A program made the translations under genes and the position numbers. DNA of 64,000 nucleotides from positions 1 to 64,000 of the forward strand of contig JAQGDQ010000020.1 of the NCBI GenBank assembly GCA_030141605.1, read 5' to 3'. Below are positions 13,132 through 27,200 of the stretch, one piece after another (the stretch's first letter is position 1; every line of letters begins with the position of its first letter). The notes beneath the pieces were generated by a model. It worked only from the letters and a program-made list of their open reading frames with translations. It did no database searches and was not told where the DNA came from. This stretch comes from Tubiluchus corallicola (Eukaryota > Animalia > Priapulida).

Positions 13132-14390
13132 CTAGGACTCTGACACAGCTGTCACTTGATAACTTTTTTAATGGTCAATTTAACTTGTGTTACTGGAGGG
13201 CGGAATTTAATGAACTAACTTAGCTAATTTCGAAAACTGTAAACTGATGTAATTTATTTCTTCCAGGCTTTCCGAAAAAATGACCAACCATATATTTTTA
13301 AAATCACACCAGCCCCTAACATGCACGTATTCCTAGTATTGAAACTTTCAACTACAGCATTTTTATTTTAGGAGACAATTTATTCTTATGTTAGTAAATG
13401 CATAAAAATTAAGCTGGCCAGCTAGCCTTTACTATCACTGCTTATTATCTTGTTATCATTGTCAAATACTTACACTATATCATAAGAGGCCTTAGGAATT
13501 TCAGTTAAAATGTTCAGCAATACACAATGTTTATAAGTATACAAAAAAACAAATATGCGGACACTAAAACATAGAAGACTTAAACATAAAAAATAAACAT
13601 AAGCGGCTAATGCAATGATTGCAGGTACATATAAGCAATAAAAATCTTTTCTTTTGATTTATTTATTTCACTTAAAGCTGCGGGCCTGGTGTGACCTCAC
13701 GGTTCGTACATCTGTAAGGCCCGCAACACTGTTGTAAGCTTAAAATTACAAAAGTCATATTTATGTACAAGTATGCATACTATTACGAAAAATAGCACCA
13801 GCCACTCAGATGAACTGACATTGAAAATACAATAAAGTAATAGTCTTCTTGGAGAACTGGATAGCAACCGCATAGAAATTAATTATTCTGTCAACAAAAT
13901 GAAAATAATTACACTGTGGTGAGTATTAATTAAATGGCTTCACGAACTTATAGACCTAGCAGCGAGAGTAATGCATTATTCAGTAATTCAGTAACACAAT
14001 AAAGCAATAAAATGATAAATCAATTTGTCAGTCTTAAAATGCAACGGGAAGTGATGGCGTACGTAAGGAAAAGAGAAACGCCGAGAACGTATTTATAACA
14101 TGTTGTTTCAGCGCACGTGAAACCAAAGAATATAATGCAATAGGCTGGTAACGCGTTACTGAACTGTAACAATTATTGTAGTATATATTAAACTAGATGA
14201 TTCAGTTGCATACTGCATAATGTAATAGCCTAGTAATGCGTTACTGAAATATATTATAACAGTAGTGCCACATTATCCTGTTTAATGCAATAACATACTA
14301 TACAATGTAATACAACTGACTAGTAATGCCGAATGCGTTAGTGAACTATAACAGCCACTGTACGTAATACTACATTGTATTGCATAATAA

Positions 14391-14677
14391 GCCTTTTCGC
14401 AGTTTCGTTGTGCGCACGCGCAGTTGCTATAGGTCTGTAGCCGTCACGTGACATGTGGGGAAAGCAAGTGGACTTTACTTAATTATGCATTAGTCTGCCC
14501 GTGAAGTAAAAATGAACTAGATAAGGTTCTATAGCTAGCATTCGTCCCTTTTCTTAATTACTTTTACAACAGCATGGGGTTGCGAGGCATTGTCAAGTGT
14601 ACACAAATGCGTTGTCTGGTACACTTAACCTTTGACCTTTTCACGATCATCATCAATCGTTGGAATTGTGAAAAGGC
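14391..14677. mobile_element. PIF/Harbinger-like MITE
   Basis: Imperfect TIR GCCTTTTCGCAGTT / AATTGTGAAAAGGC flanked by TAA / TCA. It interrupts a degenerate TAGTAATGCGTTACTGAAC repeat tract (14140-14760). Confidence 0.55.
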
Positions 14678-16246
14678 TCATTCTGCAGCATACTGTACAA
14701 TGCTAGTAATGCGTTATAGAACTACATTACAACACTAGCACTACACTGTGACTAGTGTGTACATATATTTGTATTTTGCAAAATATGTATTATGAATGTG
14801 AGTAAAAAAGTTAGCCTAAATTCTCCTCCTTCCGTTAGATTAATTAATCATTCACATGGATAATTGCAATAACATGAAATGTTTCTCTAGTTCTAATATA
14901 ATTATTCACGAAAACACGAACTGCCATTTAATTTAGGTCTACGGCAGATCAAAACATACTTATTGAAATTATAGTAAAAGTAAATTAGACAATTACAATA
15001 ATTCTTTCCTATACGTATAGGTGGGCAGACTCGTCACGTTTTTGTCACACTTTTTGAAAACGGACAAATGACACTGTTACCAAGAAAATGTCTTATCTGA
15101 AAAACTCAGAAGCGAAATTTGTCCAGAAAAAGCAGCGGTGTTTTCATAATCATGCGTTAAATGGTGCCGCGAATCCAATTTATTCATTACCATGAGCATA
15201 ATTATATGATCGGAGATGCTTCTTATTGATTAATGTTGCAATTTGCGCGATAATTTTCACAGCAAGCTCACAGTAATATTACGAAATGCAGCCCAGGTGA
15301 TTCAAGCACATTTTATAGACAGGAAGAGAGAAGGGAGGTAGAATGAGCTTTAAAATGAGAAAAACGAATCTATCTATTCTGATTTTAGAGTAAAGGAACC
15401 AGGGCTTTACGTGTAATAACTGGGTTCCTTAGTCAAGCTTGAAGTTTAGAAATTTGTTATCCAAAATCACACAGCCCACGCTTGCTACAGTTTTGCTACT
15501 TAAATAAGAAATTTACCTTTTCTTACGGCAACGCTATACATTGTGTTCTACTGTATACTCAACGACAAGGCAAATTTTGCATGAAAAACATACAATGTAA
15601 GTCAAATGCATTTCGCATTTGAATCGGATTCGGTATTCGTACAGTGCAAAAGTAAGCAAAACCCATACGTTTAAATCTGTACTGCAATGATGCAATTCTC
15701 CCCAAACACGAAGTGTTGCATGAAAATTCAAAATGTTATTTATTATATAGGATGAGCGAAGAATGGCAAACATACAGTGCATTTCATTTAAAGTCAGACA
15801 TTTTTAGATGATATAATTTGTTAACGCTTTGATAAATTAACATCATATAAATAATGGTGCGCGTTTACCCCGATTTGTATAATCGTCATTTAGTTAAAAA
15901 ATAGCGAGTGCCGAAACACCGACGCTGTCAAATACTGAACGAATGCACAATTTTGACAATTTCTTGTTGCTGAAGTTGATGATGCGAGATTGCTCGCAGT
16001 GAGGACATCATCATATGCCCATTACGTCAACTATAGACAATGCTGAGGTGTCAAACAGCAAGAACAGACAAAGCTCAGCGCGAGTGGTCGCGTAATATAC
16101 CGTTCTGCCAACGGAAGGACACAACATCTTATGCTTTTCAATACAAATTGTGAAAGTAACTTATAGATTAATAACAGCAAGAATTATGCTTTGTGGGTTT
16201 GTCCCAAGTTTATATATATATATGTCGCCATTCTCTTTTACGTACG

Positions 16247-16249
<3 letters not shown>

Positions 16250-16338
<89 letters not shown>
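16250..16338. repeat. Compound (TA)n(GA)n microsatellite
   Basis: Seen directly. Confidence 0.95.
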
Positions 16339-17027
16339 CTGTTGCGTGGGAAGCCAATATTGCGTTACCTTACGGATTCCAAATAAAACAGTGCCGCCTC
16401 TACTTAACTTGCGGCGACCACAAATAAGACGGCAAATATTCTTATCTATGTACATCCCAATGTCAAGCCGACATGAAGATATGATGAATTGCCATGCAGA
16501 TGATCAGTCATGCAAGATGTCCCCCCAGAGAGACACAACAGCAGAGTGGATTTAAACAGTAATGCATTGAAGTAGACAGCAACGGCACAGTCAATAAAGA
16601 TGCCCCAAAGTTATGTCAATTGATGTCTCGGTTAATATTAACATATTAGCGAATGTTCGGTAAACGTAAGACATTTTTGCACACTGGGAAGCGACCATAT
16701 TCGAGAATAGATCTTTCATGCTTAGCGTGTGTTGTGAAATGGAAATTTTGTGTGGCACGGAGAATGATTGACTCGTCAGCATGTGTGAAGCACAATCCGA
16801 GTGTGACAGACACTGACAGCAAGTAGATGGGTGACCTCCCAGAATGCCGGTCCAGTGCCCCCATCTTAGAGGACTACCCTTGACAGTGTGCTAGGTTCCA
16901 GTTATCCACTTTACGCAGGAACTGCCGTAGAAATCTAGATACCGACATGCAATGTCAAATTGCATATAAAATAATCGGTCAAATGCAATCTAGGCAGGGG
17001 GGGCTACTGCGTCGTAACAGCGTACGT

Positions 17028-18388
17028 AAAAGAGAATGGCGACATTAATAAGGGCCTATAATAACATTTTCAATGTGACGAGGCATTATTAATGACAAAC
17101 GACAGACCGCTGCAGAGATTTTGTAGCAAGTATTTTTCGAGAAAAATAGCGTTTGAAAATCTCAGTGATTGGATTGATTCAAGACTCTGCACTGCATGTG
17201 AAAAACATGGAAGAGTAGGAAGTGATATGTAATAAGTTAAGTTAGAAGCTAGAACAAAAATAGTGTGGACACAATCATAGTAGGAATAAACTAACTTAGA
17301 GCAATGGATCTTAATGCACGTCACTTTATAGAGGTGTTTTGATTGAACTTGGATCGAAACTTTAACTAGTTTAACTTTAACTGTTGAAAGTCGGGACAGG
17401 CAGCAGTGGACACCAACCAAGATAACGGTATAAAGGGTACTCAATAACAGACCTTGTTACAAGACCATCGTCTTCTAAGGAAAACAAATGGTTGATGAAC
17501 AGGCAAACAGCACAAATTGACTTTTGTCCCAAGGAATACTGTTATTGCAAAAAATTTTTACTTTTCTGTATGAATAAGCTATATTTACTAATGACTAATA
17601 ATTTTACTTCAGAAAAGATTCGTTCTAGTAAAGTTAATAAATGGACCAAGTGATCCAATTCAGTTGCATCTAAGGTGAACAAAAGTAGTATTTTTTGTTA
17701 CCTCCATATTATACAAAAAAAATCACAAAATAAGTCTTTGCAATCATAAGGTTCGCCATACTGTTTACTGTATTGTAACGGCTATATTCCCTGAATGTAA
17801 ACGTGTTTAACAATTTTGATTTTCTCAGTTATTAGAAAACTATTTGTGTAATATTTAATGCTTAAAAATCAAACACAATGAAGCACACCTTGAAAAACAC
17901 GTTCAGTTCGTTTGCTGACATTATGCAAACACGCAGACGCTCCAGTGAAAAGAGAATGGCGACATTAATAAGGGCCTGTAATAACATTTTCAATGTGACG
18001 AGGCATTATTAATGACAAACGACAGACCGCTGCAGAGATTTTGTAGCAAGAATTTTTCGAGAAAAATGGCGTTTGAAAATCTCAGTGATTGGATTGATTC
18101 AAGACTCTGCACTGCATGTGAAAAACATGGAAGAGTAGGAAGTGATTTGTAATAAGTTAAGTTAGAAGCTAGAACAAAAATAGTGTGGACACAATCATAG
18201 TAGGAATAAACTAACTTAGAGCAATGGATCTTAATGCACGTCACTTTATAGAGGTGTTTTGATTGAACTTGGATCGAAACTTTAACTAGTTTAACTTTAA
18301 CTGTTGAAAGTCGGGACAGGCAGCAGTGGACACCAACCAAGATAACGGTATAAAGGGTACCCAATAACAGACCTTGTTACAAGACCAT
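17028..18388. repeat. 441-bp direct duplication (17028-17468 and 17948-18388)
   Basis: Offset of exactly 920 bp, about 5 substitutions seen. Gives twin 124-aa antisense ORFs in the track. Confidence 0.95.
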
Positions 18389-18389
18389 G

Positions 18390-20980
18390 GTTTTTGTCCC
18401 ACGGACTAATATGTAAGCCTGACTTCGTTGGCTTAGTAGAAACTTGATTATCAGACGGTGCGTCGTTTAACAAATCGGGTTATGATACAAATGTTTTTGG
18501 TTCAGAACGTGAAAAGTAAAGAATTGCAGGTGGATTTGAATTGCTTCATTGTTCTGGTTTAAGTTCAATCTATGAAATTGTCAAAACCACGCATCCAAAC
18601 ATTGCGAGGTTCAAATTCAACTCGTCTGAATTACCTAAAAATGTTATATTTTGCTTAATTTGCATAAATTCTAAGTAGTAAATCCTACACCAGATCTACT
18701 GTATTGCAGTTACCTAATGATGTCATCAGTGGTGATTTCAATAACTAAACAAACAGCAAATTCGAATGATTTCATTTTAGATGAAGAAACTGCTAGTGAG
18801 CAAAACTTCACCACAATTCCATATCCTCATTTTCATTTGTATGACGTAAATTTGTTCCCGGATAGGTTTAACGAGGATAAAATTACTAATACACAAGGCC
18901 GGCAACTTGCTGAGCTTTGTCATGCAACTTATGGAATTTTGCACCTGTGAAGCAAGATTTAGCATTTTAAAGGGTAGAATTGGCAATAGTGAAAATACCG
19001 GGAGATTTATTTATCGTCAGCCGACAGGCTGTTCAGCAATTAACTGTATGTTATTGTCTTCAACATTCTGTACCAAAATTTTATTGATATGCATGTAGAT
19101 TTTTCTCTTTTATGTTTCTGTTTATGTTTGCTGAAAAAATGAAAATACACAAGCACAAGAGATGTAATATGAGGAGCAGAAAAAATATGTGTCCGTTGGA
19201 TAAAACAATTGTGTGGGACAATGCTCAAGCCCGACTTCAACCCTCTGGCCAATAATTATTAAAACATATTTTCCAAGCAATGAAACAACGCCAATCCAAA
19301 ATTGTCAAATATAAAATCAGGTAGTAAGTATAGCACCTTAAGTACTGTATCTGGCGTATAAGAAATTATTTTTCCAGCTGTAGCAGCTGGTATTAAATAA
19401 GTACAGCAGAAAATTTTCCAATCCGGGCATAATGCAAAAATTTTTTAAAAAATTGCTCGATTATGAACGTACAGTCCCAAAAAGAAAATTAAAAAATAAA
19501 GTATGCGTAAATTTCAATTAAATACAGATAATAGAGATGTCCAGTTAGCTATTTTTATTACAAAAGAAAACAACGACAAAACTGTTTAAGAAAAAGGCCA
19601 ATATCAAGGAAATTGCATGCTGCTCAGCTGCATTTACACATACACGAAGTTGTGTTAGCTGATCCTGGTTTAATTGAGTATTTTTTGGTTGAATTTGGTG
19701 TACTTTAATGCTGTACTCTGTCACTCATGCTGTTTTTATTGTATTTTATTGATTTAGATGAGTGTCTATAAAAAATGTACAAGATTCTGATGGCATAATA
19801 CTAATTAATGACATGTTTACAGATGATCTCGTTTTAATTATTGTAACTAAGAAGGGTTTGCTACATCAGTTAAAGCTACTGAACAGCCATTGTAGAAAAT
19901 GGAGTCTAAACTGTCAAATCCAGTGAGATTGAAATTTTAATATTTGAAAAGAGTACTTTTGTTGAATCACCAACAGGATTTCTTTTGCTACGGCACATTA
20001 ATAAAACAATATGTCGAGCACGAATGCATTGGCGTATATTTTAATCCAAATGATTAATTTAATGAATCTGTAAATTATCCTGCCTCGCAAGGCAACGAAG
20101 TAGTATTTTCTTTACTGAGTAAATCAAAAACATTTGGGTATTTTGAAGCCAACTTTGCAAATACCTTTCTTTAACATATATGCCAAACCCATCCTATGTT
20201 ATGGATGTGAAATCTGTGGTATGAAATATTTTGCTGTTCTTGAAACCCTTTTCTTAAATATTATAAAGCAATTTTAGGTGCTGACAACTCCTACTCCAGC
20301 CATGGTTGGAGCATTAGGAAGATATCAGATAAATTTAGATATTTCTTGTAGAGTTGTTAAATATTGGCTTCGGGTATTTCTTTTCCACAAACACGACTAT
20401 GCAACCAAGATACCACTTTAGCAAAACTTTAAATGTTCTTTGGTACAGGTCGTCGAAATTGATGTTAAATAGGATAAATTTGGATCAACTGCTAAATGCT
20501 GACTCAATAGCGCTTTATTCTAATACTGTCTGTCTTGCTGAAGGATGAGTTAAAGCTAACTTTTGAATAACCTGACGACAATCTCTAACAAATATGTCTA
20601 AATTGCACTTTTATCAACAAGTCCGAGTTTGTATTCGAATCTTCCTTATTAAATGATAAAAATATTAAAGACATAAAATCATAAACTTAGAACCTAGCGG
20701 ACGCAGTTTAGGAATCGTCTTTGTGAAACCTGTAACGTTGTAGAAGACAAATATTTTTATTTCATTGTTCAAAACACGCAGTAGCACGTAACGTTTGAAA
20801 TAATTATATAAGTGAACTATATCTAAGTTATATAACGCTTAGTAACGAAAAGAAGTTATCCAATATTATGCAGTCATCTGATGTAATGATGCAATGTGCT
20901 GTTTACTCTTGAATGTGCACGCAAACTGATGTGGTTTCTGTAAAACGTATTTTGGCTGGCCTTGTTGGTCATATACCACA
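18390..20980 (+). mobile_element. Degenerate non-LTR retrotransposon (CR1/L2-like) ORF2 remnant: APE endonuclease plus RT
   Basis: Fragmentary frames read DFVGLVET, ISGDFN and DKITNTQGRQLAELC...GRFIY (endonuclease); DDLVL and KPILCYGCEICG (RT); RLCETCNVVED (C-terminal Cys/His region). Many stops and frameshifts. Ends in a (TAAAC)n tail. Confidence 0.8.
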
Positions 20981-21205
20981 TAAACTAAACTAAACTAAAC
21001 TAAACTAAACTCAACTCAACTCAACTCAACTCAACTCAACTCAACTCAACTCAACGCAACGCAACGCAACGCAACGCAACGCAACGCAACGCAACGCAAC
21101 GCAACGCAACGCAACGCAACGCAACTCAACTCAACTCAACTCAACTCAACTCAACTCAACTCAACTCAACTCAACTCAACTCAACTCAACTAAACTAAAC
21201 TAAAC
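20981..21205. repeat. Compound pentanucleotide microsatellite (TAAAC)6(TCAAC)9(GCAAC)14(TCAAC)13(TAAAC)3
   Basis: Counted directly. Confidence 0.95.
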
Positions 21206-24200
21206 TAATTATTATTAGAGTAAATTTAGCAGAGATGTGTGAAGCTACAGAATACATATACAAAAAAAAACAAAGTGCAGTGGAATTATAAAAAAAACTA
21301 TAGGATTTTGGTAAGGTTAGTTAATTACATAAAACAATTACTTCTACAGCTTGTATTAATAAGCTGGCAAAGTTGTTTTTACTTCTCAGTTAGGATATTG
21401 CTGGCCAAACGACCACAAACCCAGGAAAATTGTTTTTCTGATACTCTATTACTATCATGCTCATTTAGTGTGAGGAAGACAGATTAACCATTTAGTGAAA
21501 GGAAGACAGATTAATGAATAAAGCATTACAGGGTATTCAAAGAGTGTTTAATGTTTGTGTAATTTGCTTAAACAGCACATACTAATTGCGTCTACATTTT
21601 TCATTTCCTGGAGAGTTTTTTGCATGTGCAGTCCAGCGTACGTATAAAAACTGAAGAAACACTGAAAACCCAAGCCCGAAAAATCGTTCTCTTATACACA
21701 ATAACGGAATTTATTAACGATTAAGAGCAATGACGCGAGTAAATTCCGATTAATTCTTATGCAGCTCACTGACAGTTAAATGGCTTTGGATTGAAAAGCT
21801 TCCTTTAAAATGGCGATCCTACGGTCAGTGTGCTGTTGTTGAATACGTTTGAGGTCTTATTGCCATTTCTTTTAATTGGTGAAGTCGTGACGCATATGTT
21901 TAATCGTTACTTTCAACCATCACACCTAAGTAATTAATTTCACTTATTCAGTTACATGAAAAATATTACTGCCGGTTTGATTAGAAACAACTAAAAGCAG
22001 CAAATTCAATAATATATAATAATATTCAACATTGTTCTCTCAATTATTACAAACCAGTGGATTTCAAATCTGAGAAGCCATATGCACGGAATTGCAAGTA
22101 TACTCTTGTTTTGTCGCGTGAATGAGCACGCACGTGCACCAGAGACTAAAAACATACAGAAAAGCAATGACGTCTTGTAAAAGCAGCAATCAAGAGCCTG
22201 TTTTATGGTTGGATTGCCGCATCATATTGCTTTTACAACTTCCATGGCTGAGACGCCGACAAGGTGTATCTCCGCAAAGCAAGGAGAAAGTATGCAGTAA
22301 AGGCGAAACAGTTGGAACTTCCCAGTAAAATGCACCTTACGCAAACCTAAATATTTTCCAATTTCCATCAAATGCAGATACAGCCATCAAGAAGGAAAAA
22401 AGGTTGCACTAGGATATGCATCCAATTTTGGCTCCTCTGCAAGCCAAACTTAACCTAATAATGAAATATGGTTCCAGAAAAAATTCTGTGACTATAATGA
22501 AAGTTATGTGAAATAATTGCGGTAACACTCACTAGCCATTTTATAGTAACTTGTAGCACGGCAATATTGCCAGTGCAGTGAGACGAAATTCAAATAGATA
22601 CACGATATGCACATATATCAGCGAAATCGGAAATCAGAATTGGAAAAATCCTATTAGACGAGTGGAAAAATTCGTTTGCATGTCACTGGGTCTATAAATT
22701 GACTTTCATGTCAACAAGTTGAGAAAGCTGAGGAAAAAGTAAACTGATGTTTTACGAACTGTATGTGTGGCTTAGATGAAAAACATGTATTCCACATTGA
22801 TAATTTGCTTAGCAACGTACCTTTATAGTCAGGTGTACTGTTTGATTACATTTTTATCGTGTGGCGATTTTATGCAACTCTCATTAATACAACATCAGTT
22901 AATGAACAGGCTACAAACTATAGTAATTTCTGCTTTTTATTCTTGCTAAAAAAATTTCTGTGGCTTCACTATGCCTGTCTCCGATATACTCCGGCATACT
23001 TGCCGCGGGGCCACCAGTTCCACCAGCATGTCACCAGTAATTACGGAATATAGAAGTCATAAACAGCAATGTTCATATACAATTGACGTGATCAATACAC
23101 TAGAAGAGTAAGACTTAATGGCGATATTCAGAAGCAAGTACGTCAGGGGAGCTAGACTAGTGTACTTATTATACCCTAGATAAGCACAGTTTCTCAGATA
23201 ATTTACGCTGACCGCATTTGCATCAACAATACCACATAAAAGATAAGCTGTATAAGTTATATGAATTGTATTCAGTATCTATGCTGTTTAATAGCTTCCA
23301 AGTTTTAGATGTTCCCAAACAGCCATCTTCAAGGAGCTGTGTTGTCATAGCTCAAAATATATGTCAAAAGTTGAATGTAACTAAATGTGCGAAACTGAGT
23401 GTCAAATTCCAAAGTACATTAATGTTTAATACAATAACTTTAGTAAAGATTTTAGTACATTATTACGATAGACGTCGTGAAGTAGCGATGATGTGTAATG
23501 ATGAAGGGATATATAGGTTGTGCATTTCGATTTCGAGTACAAGTTTTGTATTCAGAAACCTGCTATTCATACATGCAAACCAAGAAGTCCCCCTTGCATT
23601 AAATAATATTTGATAAAATTACACAAATTTTTAAAATTTGGTAAAGTGCCAGGAATTTTATTTTATTTATATGAACTTGTGACCATTATCTCCAAACTAT
23701 ATAAATACGACGCTAACAATTTTTCGTTGAAATGTTAGTATTTATAAGAGTAAACGGTAATTCAAAGATGCTCAGTTGAAATTGCTTCAGTATTTCAGTT
23801 TTCTATCTTGAAACATGGTACGTGTGAGAAGGGTGCTCAAAGAACGTGCTAGAACGGTGCTAGAAGATTGTGACTGAAAGATGTATTTAAAAAAACAAAT
23901 TAGAACTCCTTGGAGACAACTAAGTTAGGATAGCTGCTCTTCGGATTATTCCTTTGGACATATCCACATTGTTTTGACATTGTGGATTTGAAATGAATAA
24001 TTCAGAATGCACCCAATAAATATTTCATCAAAATCAGCACATCTGCATTCTACTCGTCATTAAGAAACAGATGTTCAAGGCACCGTTTTACACACATAAA
24101 TGTACCTCAAAGGTTCGCTCGGAACGTCAAAAAGAGCAGCAAGCCGTGAATACTAATTTTGAGATGCACCTAAAAACTAAAAATTCTCACACAACGTCTA

Positions 24201-27200
24201 ACCTTGGAAGCAAAAACGAAGATCAGAAGTTGGTAACTTGGGCTATGCTTTTGCTTGATACGATTTGTCAAAATCCCCCAAGAAACTTTATCATTGGTTA
24301 TTTATTTCCGTTCAGGTAGTCCGATTTCTGAGCAAATTCACATTACCGGGCATCCCAGTCTGCTTCAACTAAAAGCTTTGCAGTTGTTTTTTTTTGTGCG
24401 AATCGGAAAGAACAAATTGTTTTACAAAACAATACAATAACATAACAATTTCTTGAGTACAATAAAATAAAGTTCACCTTTTACAAGTACTACAAGAAAA
24501 CACTGTATACAACAGTGCAGCGAGCGTAATTATTGTTCAATTGCTATAAACAATAAAAAAATCTGCATTTTATAAGGATAATGAAATTTCTCAAAAGTTG
24601 AAGACTCTTTGAATATCATACATGTACATGCAAGTTTGCAAAAACAGAGCTTGCCTCTTGCAGCAGTCCTTCGATCGTCAGTTGTACAGAAATGTTTTCT
24701 TGCCGGCATTTGACGCTTGATCTGGGTAAAGTGCTGTTAAACTCATTTCAGTCAGTTCCATCAAGGAAATACAGAAATCATTCCCGATAAGGTCCACAAA
24801 CCTTTTAAGTGGCTCTGAGGGAACAAACTGATTATTGCAAGAAATGAACCATAATGCATGGCTGCTGGAGATATCAGTCATTTAAAAGGAGACCGCTGAT
24901 TAATTCAGTTACAGGTTACAGGTGTGCGATTCAGGGACAAAGTGTGTGTGATACAGGTGTAGGAAAAATGAAGGAAATTTGTAAAGTGAAATGCGCGACA
25001 TAAATAAAAGAACGTAAAAGAAACTGAAGAAAAGATTGGTACGTAGGATTATAAGCACAAAAACAGTCATTGGCAAGCAAAGTGATCAAAAAATGTACCT
25101 AATGTGGAACAAAACGCCCTTGGATAGAAAATTGGGCAGAACCATCTTCACATAATTTCCATATAAATTTCTACCTTATGGCCATTTTGCCCTTTAATTT
25201 TCAACTTTGTTTTACTGCAATTTTGTTTTGCGGTCTTTCGACATTTTATAACTACATATAACAGGTGACATGCGGTAAGGAACTGCTCAGTGCAAAACCA
25301 TCCTTGATTACACCAACTTTTCAGGTTTTGCAAAATCCTTACTAATGGGTACAACAATATGAACAGCAACAGCAACCCATCCATACTGACTATTTTGTAT
25401 TGTTAACCTATCGGCACAGACCATGTCCTTTAGTCTATCTATTCTATTGCGCATGCTCCTTACCAAATATTGAGTGACTTCGTTTTTCCTAAACACGGCC
25501 ATTAAAACAACCATAAAATCGAAGATAAGAAATGCAATTGAAATTACGTTCAGTGATTAGCTGCTAATTGCACAGAAAATTTTTACATATTCCAGTGAAT
25601 GGTCCAATTAGTCGCGTGCATGGACGCCGAGTATTTGTTGCAATCACGTTTTATATAATGGCTCATTCCTTCCATCAGTGTTGAAGTCTGCGAGATGTGC
25701 ACCAGAAGCAAATATCAATACGTCGATTAGCACAAGGTCGGCCGCGTGTAGAGCTCAAGAAACAGCTTATTTTCACGCACATGCAAACGAACCCCCTTCG
25801 AAGTTGGACAGTTGAGATTTTTCAGAACACACAATCTTTTGAATTTAACTGAGTTAGCACCAGTACTGGAAATACTTGTGAAATGCTTGTGCTTGAAATG
25901 GGTAACGGATAGCCACTGAGGATATTTTTGCAAGATAAAAGGGTCATAGAACTCATGTAATATTATAAGTTTTAGTACTTAAGTATTAATTGAATCAGTT
26001 TTGTTCACAAGTTTCTTACTAAGCGCCAATTTGTTGAAAAAAATCAGCATTTATTATTCTGAAGAATGGCTTAATAGCCGGAAATTTTCTCAGACGCATA
26101 CACGCCAGCTAACAGCGTGGGGTAAACGATCTGGAAAACTGGCCTGATACCAACTATGGTTTACCCTACTCAATAGTTATATTCGAAAAAAATTGGAAAA
26201 ACCTATACCAGAATACTATTTTACATGTAAACTGTCACTTTTCATTGACATTTGTAAATCAGTAATCGTACAGTCTGTTGATTCAGCTGTTAAGCACACA
26301 CTGTGACCACTCAGCTATTCGCTATTGTCTCATATTACCCATAAAATGCATTTTCTGAGACTTCTACATTTGGCGAGACTCATAGCGTTTTGACATTCAC
26401 ACATATATAAACCAGTCATGCAAAGGCCGCAAAAAATAGATTGTGTCAGGCGCTTTTCCGCAAACAATGCCCTGCTGATAGGTGTAGTCAAAAATAATTA
26501 CTGCTATTACAGCTCACAGTCACTTTTACAAAGAAAAACGCAGCCAGTAATCACGAGGAAGATCGCAAGGTGAATGGAAACCATGTGCGTAGAAGCCTGC
26601 GGAAGCTGAGGGGTGATTAAATGTGATAATGGATTGAGAAAGCTGGCAATAAATTTTGATTAAAGTGTGGTTAATGTAGTGAACAAACATTGCATAAGTA
26701 ATACTGTGCTGATCGATATAGCACGGAACAGCAAGGGCAGCAAAGTGACAAATATAACTGACGACCCACATATAGATCATGCTACCAACTGCAGAAATGC
26801 CAAATTTATAATAATTCTACAAATTATTGCAGTTCACTCATGGTATATGAATGCTCAACAAAAAATTCAAATTATTTATACATTATATTATTTTTTCCGT
26901 TAAAAATGTTCCATGTTTTGAATATCCTAAGCAAAATTATCAAAGCAAAATTACTTTTTATTCTGTTCGACGACTGGAAGTCAGAACCAAGTTGCAGGGT
27001 CTACTGTTTTGTTGAGTACTTGTGGTGGGTCTGAAACCTAGTTCAATATTAGAAACGACCTGACCTAATTTGATAATTCTCCAAAAGTAGGTACTTAAGT
27101 GACAATGACAGATGTGACTTAGGCACGTTTGCATGTATATCTATTCTCCATCTTACATATTATCTATTCTCCACCAGATTACATATTATCAGATTACATA

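Noticed and set aside
17028-18388. LTR pair of an LTR retrotransposon
   Set aside because: No TG...CA termini, PBS, PPT or TSD were seen.
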